From: Lama glama
Taxonomy: Eukaryota
DNA: 64,000 bases
NCBI GenBank assembly: GCA_028534125.1
Contig: CM052816.1
Span: forward strand, 93,188,001 to 93,252,000
Reading direction: 5' to 3'
The position numbers and the translations under genes are program-made. Shown in pieces: positions 38,001-50,515 of this stretch (the stretch's first letter is position 1; the number at the start of each line of letters is the position of its first letter). The notes below the pieces were generated by a model, which was given only the letters and a program-made list of their open reading frames with translations, was not told the origin of the DNA and ran no database searches.

Positions 38001-41000
38001 TTAATTAAGGAGGAAAATATATTTATGCAAATTGACAGGAACTGGAGAAAGAAAGAACTCGTCTCATGGAAGACGTAACTGCAAACAAAAGGAAGATGAA
38101 GGAGCTCGAAGATAATTTGCTTTACCGGCTGACGAGTACCCAGGGGTCCCTGGTGGAAGATGAGAATCTCATCGTTGTGCTAAGTAACACAAAAAAGACA
38201 GCCGAGGAGGTGACACAGAAGCTGGAAATTTCGGCCGAGACAGAAATTCAAATTAACTCAGCCCGGGAGGAATACAGACCTGGTGAGTTTGGTAATGAAA
38301 GACAAATGTCGCAGGAAAATGAAGCGAGAAATGAGAATTAGAGGAATTGAAGTAAGGAAGGATGTTATGTAAATGATGATGCAAAGTGAAGTGGCTGTTT
38401 GTTTTGTTGCATTTCTTTGGGAAATGTTCAGTAAAAGTGAGATGAAGACATTTTTTGATGGTGCAGATTTTCTAGGTCTTTATAATTCATGTTAGTTGAC
38501 AAGTTCTTTAAGGTTCCTGTGGACTTGTTTTTAAACTAGAAATTAAAGAGGAGCATTTTTAAAGGATATCCAACTACAAACTAGTGAAGTTGAGGAACCC
38601 ATGCTGCATTTGTGGGCTGTTCACTAGTTTATCATTTGGTAACCACAAGCCTGTATGTTTTGATTGTAGTCTTGTATTAGTTCTCTGCTCTCATGGGAAC
38701 TCGTCAGCCTTATCTACCAATTAGCAAATCGTTATTGTTTGTGGGTTACAAAAGGAGCCTGCTAAAAGACTTCAGTTTCTTTTAGTAATTTATCATTCCT
38801 CCTGGAAAAATAATCAAAACAATATCTGCTAGTGGAGAGTCAAGGGCGTCATATTTACGATACCTTGATTTGCCAACTTGAGGCCAAGGTTATTCAGGGC
38901 TTCTTCATGGAGCGTAAGAAGGAGGTCCTTACAACGCCTACACACACAGTCTGCTGGGTGTTATAACCTGTGCTATCCCATTGGTTGTCTTTTCTATCTA
39001 TGAAAAAATGTAATAAAATATATTTATAACGGATCTAGAGATTCTGAAATGGAAAGTATCATTTAATGAACACAAATAGCAGACTCCCTGTCCCAAGCTT
39101 ATAAAGAAGAATTAAATATATATGATGAACGTCGCTCTCGACTCTCATTGCTGGTAGACGGTCATTGAAAAGACATAAAAATAAAACTTGTTTTCATTTA
39201 GGCTTCAGACTGCTCTGTGCACAGGTCATTTATTTTCCACCCTCGTAGTGACCGCAATCTTGCTCTTTGTCTTTTCAGTTGCTACACGAGGCAGCATTCT
39301 CTACTTCCTCATCACGGAGATGCGCTTGGTTAATGAGATGTATCAGACTTCGCTCCGCCAGTTTCTTGGCTTGTTTGACCTTTCCTTAGCCAGGTACATC
39401 TGTGCTCAGGAAGCCAAGCTGAATTCTTTATCTGTGGGCTAGGATGATGACATTACATTGATAACATCTTTTCCCTTTGCTACTAAGATTCTTTTTTTTT
39501 TTTTAATATCAGATGAGCATAATTGCCAGTGTGTTAACAAATCATTCTCATTTGTCATTTTATGCTCAGAGAAAGCTCTACCAACTATTCATTGATTGAT
39601 TGATTCCTTTGGTTTGCCCTCTTTCTGCTAAACAAGAAAATTACCAAGACGTTGTTGTGAGTGATAATGCCCTGTGGATAAAATTGATTCAGACAAAAAC
39701 GTGGAGGATTCACGTTGAGAAAATGCTTGTTATTTTAGATTTAGGAGGCTTACTCTAGATGTGTAAAAAGTAAGAATTGGTCCTCCAGAGTTACTTGTTT
39801 TACGTTAAAGATGTTGTTTTTAGGGACAATTGAAAAGGGCGATGGGATAAGCCTGATTGAAGTGTTCTGTTCTCCAGGTCTGTCAAGAGCCCAATCACAA
39901 GCAAGAGGATCACTAATATTATCGAACACATGACCTACGAGGTTTACAAGTACACAGCCCGGGGATTGTACGAGGAGCACAAATTCCTCTTCACCTTGCT
40001 GCTTACCCTGAAGATTGACATCCAGAGGAACCAAGTCAAGCACGAAGAGTTTCTCATCCTTATTAAAGGTCAGTATAAGAACAGGAAGCGCTGTGCACAG
40101 GTGCAGATGTAGGAATCATTGTGAAGGTCCTGTGCAGTTTTTTTTTTTTTGGCAACTGCAGTTTTCCTTGCATCTCATTGAAGATCGCATTTATGTGAGA
40201 TGTTTTATTTGTCCATTTATTGCATGAATATTTATTGAAAACATACTGTGTGCTGGCACACGGAATAGGTACTTGGGACAGATAACAAACAATAGTAAAT
40301 TGTGTAGTGTGTGAGAAAGTGGTAAGCACTATGGGAAAAAACAGAGAAAGGGAGATGGGGGAGCGTTACAGGGTGTGTGCAAGGGAGAGGTTTAACATTT
40401 TAAATGAGATATTTAGTGGGGTCTCTAGTTGGGTAGGACTCCCAAGACATGGACAGGTGAACCATGGCCTGAAGGAGCAGGGGATGCGGGTCCTGGGGCA
40501 TTTAGAGGAAGTTTGAAGGATGAGGAGATGGCATCAGGGGCTCAGAGCCTGGTGTGATGGAGGCAAAGCCAGGCAACCAGGGGGGGCTGGAGCAGAGCGG
40601 GTAAGGTGACCGTGCCGCGCATGCCCTGAATGTTTCCTTTGTACCTGTTGTGACGTCACTCACAGACGGGTCCCCTGTGCCACTGGAACAAGACAGCCCT
40701 GTGGAAGGCTGGGAAACCTACATTTGCTAACACATTCTTGAAAGTCTGGGCAAAAAACTATTTAAAATAACTGTGGAAGTGATGCTGGGATTGGAACGGT
40801 TTTATATACTGTATCTTTCTTTTTTAAAAACTTTTATTGAAGTATAGTTGATTTACAGTATTTCTTTCAAGTGTATAGCCGATTGATTTAGTTATACATA
40901 TACATGCATATATATATATTTTTTTCTTTTCAGATTCTTTCCATTATATGTTATTACAAGAAATTGAATAGAGTTCCAGGTCTATCTTTAAAGATAAGAC

Positions 41001-44000
41001 ACAACTTTATCTTCAGAGGGGGGTGGATTTTCACGACTTCACTTGGAGAGTAGTTTGCAGAGGAACTTGAAGAGGACCCCGGTCGGGGCAGAAGGGAGGG
41101 GCATACGTGGCGGGTGTGTAGGTCGGAGTCCTACTTACACATATTCATGTTCATATACATAGGCCTGTGCATATATATATATCTTATAGCAGCAACAAAG
41201 ACTCATTCAGTTACACTTGAAAATTTAGAAATATATGATCTGTGGCTGATTTCTTTCTCTATTCTTTGTTTTCAGCCCTCGAATCTTTGCTCCTTAGGTT
41301 TCTTTATTTTCCCAGTTTCCTAAATCAGAGCACAGGGAAGATAAATGGTCTGGAGAGACATCCCCTTAGATAGACATGCAGGTGTAGGGGTTGCTTTCTC
41401 CCTTCAGTGAGTCTTCATACATCACTAATTCCTGGCCTCAGTGGGTCTGGTCCTCCAGCTGGTGGGGCTTCCCACGGGAAAGCTGTGCCTGACCTCCTCA
41501 ATTCAGGCATGGGAGCCATCTCCCCATGGAAATGACATTGGACATAGCGTCCTGGACTGGTTGAAATAACTAAATCATGTTACAGTTTGGCATGATGATA
41601 TCAAACATGGGATTAAGGCTTAGGAAGACTTGAAGGGAAAAGAGCGGCTTTGCCACTTTCTGGATGAACAGTCTTAAGCAGGTGACAGCCTTCTCGAGCT
41701 TCAGTTGCCTCCGCTGTACAACAAGGGTAGTCAAATCTACGTAATAGGATTATTGAGAATTCACACAACTTATACAAACCCTGGCAGATAGAATATGGTC
41801 AGCAAGTGACAGATTATATCAGCTTTAGTTTTTTAGTTTATTTTGCTTGGTCTGAGGCTTGCATGGGTTGGACCGGTTTTTGTGGGCCTTTGGCATTCAA
41901 CAGCTGGTTTTTGTACTGCTTTAAGACACAGTTTCCTAAGATTTCCTTCTGCTAATTATGCTGGTGAGAGCTGCCCAATGGCATGATCCCTCCGTAGGGA
42001 CTTTAAAATCACTTGTTTGAAAATGTTATTTAGCTAGCAACAGTGTTTAGATACTGGTCTCAATTAATTTACTCATCTCTGGATGGGAAAGGATGAGCCT
42101 AGATGACTTTCTAAATCTGTCTTAGCTATGCCGCTCTATGATTGCATGGTATAACTTGTATAAATCTTTCATTAAAAGCATGTATCATTTTTACAAAGAA
42201 TTATGATAAAGATTTAAATCTACTTTTCCCCAAAGTGAGGGTTTGAGGGTTTGAAGGGACTGGCATAATTCTCAATCATCTTGATAATTTATTTTGAATT
42301 ATTCCCATCCCAGCTGTTCATTCAGCAGGAGTCCATCTAATCTGGTGTCATATTATCCAGGAATATGTCCCTCCTCCTCCTCCCGCCCATTACAGTAGTC
42401 TTTGTGGCCCATTGTATACCTTTGAGGCAGACAAGATATTCATGACCTCGTTACCCTCTACTAAGTAATGAATAATGCTTTGGCTGCAAGGAACATCCTT
42501 TCTTTCCCATGAATAGCTTTTCCCTAACTCTGTGGCGAATACCTTATTCTTTTCAGTTGGTCAGAAAATGGGCAGTTTCCTTGGAAATTGGTGTGACATT
42601 TTTCAGCACAGTGCCATTGTCTTTAACTGCTCCCTGGTGTTCAGGCAATCTGTTTTGATTTTATGAGTTAATATTTTCATTGAAATGGCTTCCCTTACCT
42701 TTTGTTCCGCTTACCTTGGAAGTATACTAAGATAGATTTGGCAAAAGACAGCAATTTAGTGGGGTCCATGGTACCTAAATAAAGTAGAGATTGGCTCGAT
42801 AAATATCTTGAGCATTATCATTTGTTTATGACCTGCTCTGTTCCAAAAAATAGTGTAGCCAAATGGATTGGTTACATCCTTTTATGAATTATGCTTAGAG
42901 CATATTTTCTGTGAAACATTTTAATAGATGTTATTTATTAAATAGCGTATTTCATCCTATAGAAGACTTGCTAACTCTTTCCTTGACTTAAAATATGATT
43001 TTTCTGAGATGGGCAGCAACAACATTTTAAGGTGTCATTTATTTTATAGTGTTGTGAGAGTTATGGGAGTTACATGAGCTTGGGTATATCATCAGGAAAA
43101 AGGTAGGAGTCGGTACCCAGTGGAAATGTTTGCTGTGGTTAGACTGACCAAAAATAAGTGCCATAACACGGGGCCCTTGGGTATGCTCAAAATGATGTAA
43201 ATGATACACTGATTTGTAGGGGAGAACCCTTCAAACACAGGTAGTGCTACTAACATTTCTAGGTAAATTATCTCCTTAAAATGAGCTTATGTCAACATTC
43301 GGCAATTCTTAATGCTGACAGTAGCTGCTCATTTAGCGACCCTCTGCTTTGTCCTTGATCCCGTTTTGAGTGCCTTACACATATATTTTCTATCATTCTG
43401 CTGTTTTCAGACACCCAGGCTTCATTATTCCCATTGTACATATTTGGAAACTGAGGCCCAGACAGATGAGCTTGTCCTGGACCGTGGCCAGGTGGAGCTA
43501 AGATAGAATCCAGCACTTGTCTGGATCCAAACCTATATTATTGATTCTTAAATTTTTTTTCCCCTAAAACCATGTATTTCTGTATTACATTTTAAAGCTT
43601 GTTCGTCACTATGATTCATGTTTCTGAGTTTAATAAATGTCAAGATGGTAAAATAATTGAAATTAAAATAGTTTCAGCAAAAGTTTTTTTTTATAAAGAA
43701 ACGATTTTACAGTAAAGAAGGAAAAATGTAATAATTTTAGATGTTTCACTTGAAAGGTGGTGCCTCGTTGGACTTGAAAGCCTGTCCTCCTAAACCGTCC
43801 AAATGGATCCTGGACATGACCTGGCTGAATTTGGTGGAACTCAGCAAACTTAGACAGTTTTCAGATGTCCTTGATCAGGTACCTTATGCTTTGAATAAAC
43901 TTATGATAATGTCACAGTGATTTATCAGTGGCTACATTACTTGTGGGAGAGAGAGATTTCTTGCTATGGTTACTCACACAATGGTAGGACCAGTGCCTGG

Positions 44001-47000
44001 CCTTCTTTACAGCCCACTCATGCTCTGATAAAGCAGACTCCACCCGTGGCCCACTGGCCTCACAGGAAGACGTTATTTGCCCAGGAAGTTTAACCAGTGC
44101 TGACCTGGGCCATATGTCAGTTTCACCAATTTGAGATCCACAAGTGGGAACACTGACAGATTCAGTTAGGTTACATGATGAGATATGCTCAAGAGGTTTT
44201 GCCTTCTTTCTAGAGATTAAATGAACAGAAATATGAACATCCTGTGTCTTAATGCTAAATATCCTTTCTTTCTTGCGTCTTGTTCCTCTCTCTCTCCTCC
44301 TTTTCTCTGGCTCCTCATTATACTGCCCTAGCTAGGCATCTGGGTGTGACTCTAACACAGCCATTTGGCCTTTTATCTTCAGGAGCTGTCCTTTCAGAAC
44401 AGCCAGTTCTTGATGAATTGTGTGTCTATTGGTATCATGGAAGTTGAGTATAGAAAACTAAATTGGGACAAGCCAGGAAACAGGTTCTTGAAAATCTGGT
44501 GACCAGAGAGAAGTCACATGGACCAGCAAGGTGGCTTTCTTAGCTGCAAGTTGAAGGCTTTTTTTGACCAAAAAACATCCTAGGGCTGGTTCTTGACTTT
44601 TCTACTCTAAGTTGACTGTAAGATTAAGTTCTGCTATATTTTTATGTTTCGGCTTAATCCTGGTGATTACCATGCAGTTAGGGGACAAACCATCCTACTG
44701 GGTTAAATAACTTTCACCTGGGAGATTTTAATGCATTCTAGCTTGTTCCCCCGGGGATGACGCCAGAGTGATCTTTCCTGGACCATTGTCTGTCAAGTAG
44801 CTCTCTTCTGGAGGTTATATTTTATACCTGAAATCCATCCACATTATATAGTCTTTCATGACTGAAAGAGGTGATTTTTATTCTTACATGATATTTTCTG
44901 ACTATGAACCTAAATGTGTTTTCCTTTAATTAGACCTTCAAAAAATACATTTGGAGCTTTAATCAAAGGGGATCTACCAGAGAACATAAGATTATATTTA
45001 TCTGCAGATGTTATTCTATGAGTTTCAGATACTTGCCCATATAATGCTTGTTTCTCTTTGATTTTTTAAGCTCCGAAGAATAACAGGCTGTGTTTTATTT
45101 CCCTTTATTAATTGCCTGTAGGAAGCAAGTGCGATTATTCATTTGACGACAATATTAAGTGGTATATTTCAAATTACTCTAGATTAATACAGTATTGACC
45201 AAAAAACTTCAATAACAAACATGTATTAAATATCTTCTTTTGTTCCAAGAATGGTCCTGGGAAATGAGGAAACATAAGTGAACGAGACTTGGTTCTTAAT
45301 CATAGGGGATCTCTTGGAGCAAATCATATTTCCTTAAAATAATGAAAATGAATTTCTATTGATCTCTTTATTCTGTTACAAATTTGCTACCACAAAGGCA
45401 TAGAAGAAATTACAACCCGGGACTCTCCCTCCTTTGAAAGGGAGACGTAGGCTGGCGTTAACACAGACTGACTTTAGAACAAATCACATTTGATTTTAGA
45501 CTCTCCAACTTTTGGCACTAGAATATAAAATTTTAAAGAATAGTCAAGGGATGTCATTCACACATGTCTGCAATGGTCAGAAAGTTAGAGGAAAAATGTG
45601 AACTCTTAGGAAAAGAGTTTTCTGTGGTGTGACACGTTTCCTATCCCCTGGCATTTTCAGATATCAAGAAATGAAAAAATGTGGAAAATTTGGTTTGATA
45701 AGGAAAACCCTGAGGAGGAACCCCTTCCAAACGCCTATGATAAATCTCTTGACTGCTTCAGACGTCTTCTCCTTATTAGAGCCTGGTGTCCTGACAGAAC
45801 CATTGCCCAGGTAAAAAGTACATATTTTAAAAATAGGAGAATATTACAAAGGAGAATTTCCTTTTAAATTTAAGAGACTATTTAAAATGTTCACCCCAAT
45901 GAGAATTTTTCTTGTAGGCTTTTATATAATTTTCTAGCAATGCAGATGAGAAAAATGGAAAAAACAAACAAATAAATGTACTGGGGCATACATGTGGGCT
46001 ACGTGATTTAATAATTTTCTTTGGTCTAAGTGGTACAATAAGAGTGAATGAGGAAACCATGTTTTGAAGGTGAGTATGTCGGTATAGCTTGAAGGTGATG
46101 TAATGTTCTTCCATATCATTTTTATATTAACTCAAAAGTGATACAGCTCCTCCATTTTGCTAGTGGGGAAATAGTAAAATAATGTTTCTTTTTTTAATTA
46201 AAAAAATTTTTTTATCTGTTTGTTTATTTTTAATTTATTTTTATTGAAGTATAGTCAGTTACAATATGTCTATTTCTGATGTTCAGCATAATGTCCCAGT
46301 CATACATATATATATGTATACATGCATTCATTTTCATTAAAGGTTATTACAAGAAAAATAATGTTTCTTGAATGGAGGAAGGATGTGCAGGTACTGGGGG
46401 AGAGAGAGGCCAGAGGGAAGCAGAGTATTCCCAAACCTGCAGTCATTTCCCTGGAGCGTGTCACAAACCTCCATGTAAAAAAGCAGGCTGGCCTAACATT
46501 CTTTGAAAGGTACATACGATTTAAATGTAAACCCTTCCTCCAGAAGGTCCATCTTTTCAAAGGCTTTTCATCTGCTGGCCCTACTATCATAGAAGTTCAC
46601 CCACTAGACAGACGTGTGGTATCTTGCCTTCACAGCCAGAAGTTAAACTTTAATATTCACAGACATTGATTTTTTTGAACAGACTTCTTAAATAAGCCAT
46701 AAAGTAACAATAGGCTAGAGTTTCTAATAGGATGTAGGCAGTCATCCCTGTCACCCTCCAGAGGGAGTGTTCAAAACACACGGAATCACCACCGCCAAGC
46801 CCACCTGGGTGCTGCGGAGTCACAAAAACAACCAGATTCAACGGTTTATGGAGAAAAGAAAAACGAGTTCTGGCGCTCAGGGCACTGAGATCACCCTTCC
46901 TTTGGTTTTTCTTCTCGACCTCATTATTTTTATGCTGCCCAGATGAACTGTCAAACAGTTGCCTTATTTAAAGGAAGTATAGAAGGTTCAAGTAGTCTCT

Positions 47001-47120
47001 CTCTCTCTCCCTCCCCCCTTTTTTCCTCTTCTTTTCCCCTTCCTTTCTCCCTTCCTTCCTTCCTTTTTCTTTCCTTCCTTTCTCTCTTTCCTTCTTCCTT
47101 CCCCCCTTCCTCCCCCTTTC

Positions 47121-47172
<52 letters not shown>

Positions 47173-50100
47173 NNNNNNNNNNNNNNNNNNNNNNNNNNNN
47201 NNNNNNNNNNNNNNNNNNNNNNNNNNNNNNNNNNNNNNNNNNNNNNNNNNNNNNNNNNNNNNNNNNNNNNNNNNNNNNNNNNNNNNNNNNNNNNNNNNNN
47301 NNNNNNNNNNNNNNNNNNNNNNNNNNNNNNNNNNNNNNNNNNNNNNNNNNNNNNNNNNNNNNNNNNNNNNNNNNNNNNNNNNNNNNNNNNNNNNNNNNNN
47401 NNNNNNNNNNNNNNNNNNNNNNNNNNNNNNNNNNNNNNNNNNNNNNNNNNNNNNNNNNNNNNNNNNNNNNNNNNNNNNNNNNNNNNNNNNNNNNNNNNNN
47501 NNNNNNNNNNNNNNNNNNNNNNNNNNNNNNNNNNNNNNNNNNNNNNNNNNNNNNNNNNNNNNNNNNNNNNNNNNNNNNNNNNNNNNNNNNNNNNNNNNNN
47601 NNNNNNNNNNNNNNNNNNNNNNNNNNNNNNNNNNNNNNNNNNNNNNNNNNNNNNNNNNNNNNNNNNNNNNNNCTCTAATCCATCCTATATATTCTAGAAG
47701 AAAGAGAAATATCATTATGGTATTCCTTTAATGGCTCCCATGGCTCTTATGATAACACCCAAGTCTTTAACAAGATCTAGAAGGCTCCTTGGAAAACTAT
47801 TCTCTCCTCTGAAGTTCTTACTCACACATTAGAATGCTTCATAATTTTCCACCAGACATCTTCCTGGGACGCATATTAGAAGGTCTACAATGTAGATTCC
47901 TTCAACCCCTATTCCCCCAGAAATAGCCTCAGGCTTGTTCTCAGCATTTTGGCTGAGCATGACTGGGGCATTCAGAAGCCTGGTTGCAAGAATGATGCAC
48001 TGTAGGAGGCTGTCTCGTGCTTCTGCCTGTTTATGTACAGGTGAGCTAAGAATGGTTTTTATATTTTTAAATGATTGGGGAAAAACACAAGAAGAATGAT
48101 ATCTTGTGATATGTAAAAATTATATAATGTTCAAATTCCAGTGTCTATAAAGTTTTATTGGAATGTAGGCATGTTCATTTGTTTATGGACTATCTGTGGC
48201 TGCTTTTGTGCTACAGTGGGAGGTAGGTAGAGTGGTTGGAGCAGAGTATGTATGGCCACCAAAGCCTAAAATATTTAGCACCTGGCCCCTGATGTGCATA
48301 ACAGTGTGTTAACTTGTAGCCTGAATGGAAAGTCCACGTTGGGTCAATGCTGAGGGGTATGGCAAGACTAGCCATTTTGAGCTCCTTGCTGTGCCACAGT
48401 ATGAAGCACCCGGATCTTGAGGAGTACACTGTAGAGATGCTGCACTGATGGCAGGTATCTGTGGCCAGCAAGCGACTGCCTCTTGTGGAACACCTAAGCG
48501 TCCAGGCTTTGAAGTCCTTCCTGACCACAGAGCACAATGCCTCAGTGACCGAATGTGTACACAGAGGAGACTTTTGGAGAAGCTAAGGGACATGTCAGAT
48601 AAATTTTTGAAGTGCCCATCAGAAGGCTTGTAAAAAAACATGTAGGTGTTTATACTCTGGTTAAGGAATTCAATACTGGATCTGGCCAACCTAAAAAAAA
48701 AATTGACAGATACAAAAATAAGTGGTGTCTTCTGCTCCCAATGCAATTGGACTAAACTCCACCTCCTCAGAACTTCTCCCAAGCACTGGAGCTCATAAAG
48801 GAGAAGAAGGGTAGGATGGGTGAGCATCTTCATGAGTGAGGGGCCCAAGTGCTGTTTGGTCATTTCATTGCCACTGGTGGAGCCCTGCCAGCCAGGATCC
48901 TGGCTGCCACTGCTGGGACCTTTGGGGAGTCATTTTGAGATAATTACTGAGGCAGGAAGACCTGTGCACTCTCCCAAATTGATGTACCACTTAATCTGCC
49001 ACTGATTTGGTGACCTGGACATTATGGTCAGAGATTACGACTCGAGAAGAAGGTGAAGGGACCCCAGAGCAAAATGGCCCAGCCCTTTTGAATGAGCTGC
49101 TGTGAGTTTAGGGGATGGAAATGGTCATTTTTGTGTGTGTGTTCTTGTGGGAGAAATGGTGATTTCATGATCGATTGCTTTTAAAAAGGAATCTTTACTC
49201 TGTAATGTGGATGGTAAGGCTTTTGAGGGGAGTCTCCACAAACCAGGAGGAACCAGGAAGTAGAAACACTTCGGGCATTCAGCTGTCTAGACACAGCACC
49301 CCTTTCCTCTTCTAACAGAGACAGGAGAGGAGATAGGGGAGCTGGAAGATGTTCTTACTGTATCCTCTGCCTTCTCACTCTAACCTGCAAAGAGAGCAAA
49401 CATGAGTGGGGGACATCCTCTCAGTTAGTAACCTCAGAGACCTGGGGTCCAGCGATCACTCTGAGGATGTGTGGAGCATAGCTAGGTATGCAAAATGGAG
49501 GGAAAGCCTGTGTTATTGGCTGGAATTAAACTCTGGATGATTTTTAAGGCAAAGAAAACTATTTAACCAGCTCCACTCACCCTTTGGTCCAGGTCTATCT
49601 GAAGGCTGTCTGCTTTCAGGAAGTTGTCTTGTGTCTCTGGGAATGGGAGTGGAGAGGCGTACCTACCCAGCCCTCGGAAGGTTCCACGTCATGGCGCCCT
49701 TGGAAGGTTCCACGTCATGGTGCCCTCGGAAGGTTCCGCATGATGGTGCACTTGGAACTGGGCTCTGCTTGTTACAGGAGAACAGTTTTTCCAGGGAATT
49801 CCATTGTGGGGACAAACTTGGGTTTTACTCCCATGTGGTGGGAGAAAGTATCAAGAGGAAATTTTTCTTTGAGGGAATCCAGTTATTTACTAGGAAGACA
49901 TTGTAGACTAAAGGTCATACTCACAAAAGTATTGTAGATATTAATTCTTTTACCTTGTTTGAAAAAGCACTGTGTTGTTACTAGAAATAGTTTTTATGTG
50001 GTTGATAATATAGGTGACAAAGTCTGATATTGTGAACACAGATTTAAGTAAAAAAACAAAGACATTAAAGGGGAAAGCAGAAAATGAAAAGGAATGATCA

Positions 50101-50478
50101 TAGTGATTAGGAGAAAGACTATGGATTAAATCTTTGAAAAATTAATTAATTAATTCAACAAGTCTCCAGTAAATTTCCTTCAGTAAGTAGTTATTCAGTA
50201 ATTAGTTCTTTGATAAACAAGCAGGCATTGTACTGCTTACTTGATTATTTGAATGCATATACTTTCCCCTTAAAGCATCCTCAATAATAGAGTTTCCTAA
50301 TTAGCATTTTTTATGAGAAATTAAATATAGTTCCCTGTGCTATATGGTAGAGCCTTGCTATTTATATGTTTTATATATAGTAATGTGTGTATGTTAATCC
50401 AAAACTCCTAATTTATCCCTCCCCACTACCCCTTTGGTAACCATAGTTTGTTTCCTATGTGATAAAATATGTGTATAT

Positions 50479-50515
<37 letters not shown>

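Noticed and set aside
43879..43888. U12-type intron donor (gtaccttatg)
   Set aside because: Does not match GTATCCTT; a normal U2 donor CAG|GTACCT.
43960..43973. RFX X-box-like motif (CTTGCTATGGTTAC) in a ciliary gene
   Set aside because: One terminal mismatch, far from the promoter; a degenerate hit like this is plausible by chance in 64 kb without conservation data.
47173..47672. Missing DNAH5 exon in the gap
   Set aside because: Flanking exons join in phase 0 as ...DRTIAQ|ARKYIV..., matching the continuous protein as I recall it.
46943..47731. 262-aa and 254-aa ORFs
   Set aside because: Artefacts of the (CTTT)n tract and the N gap.
48309..48863. 184-aa minus-strand ORF (also 32906-33397 and 20281-20745) as nested antisense genes
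   Set aside because: No recognisable domain or supporting splice/promoter structure; expected by chance or antisense to an exon.
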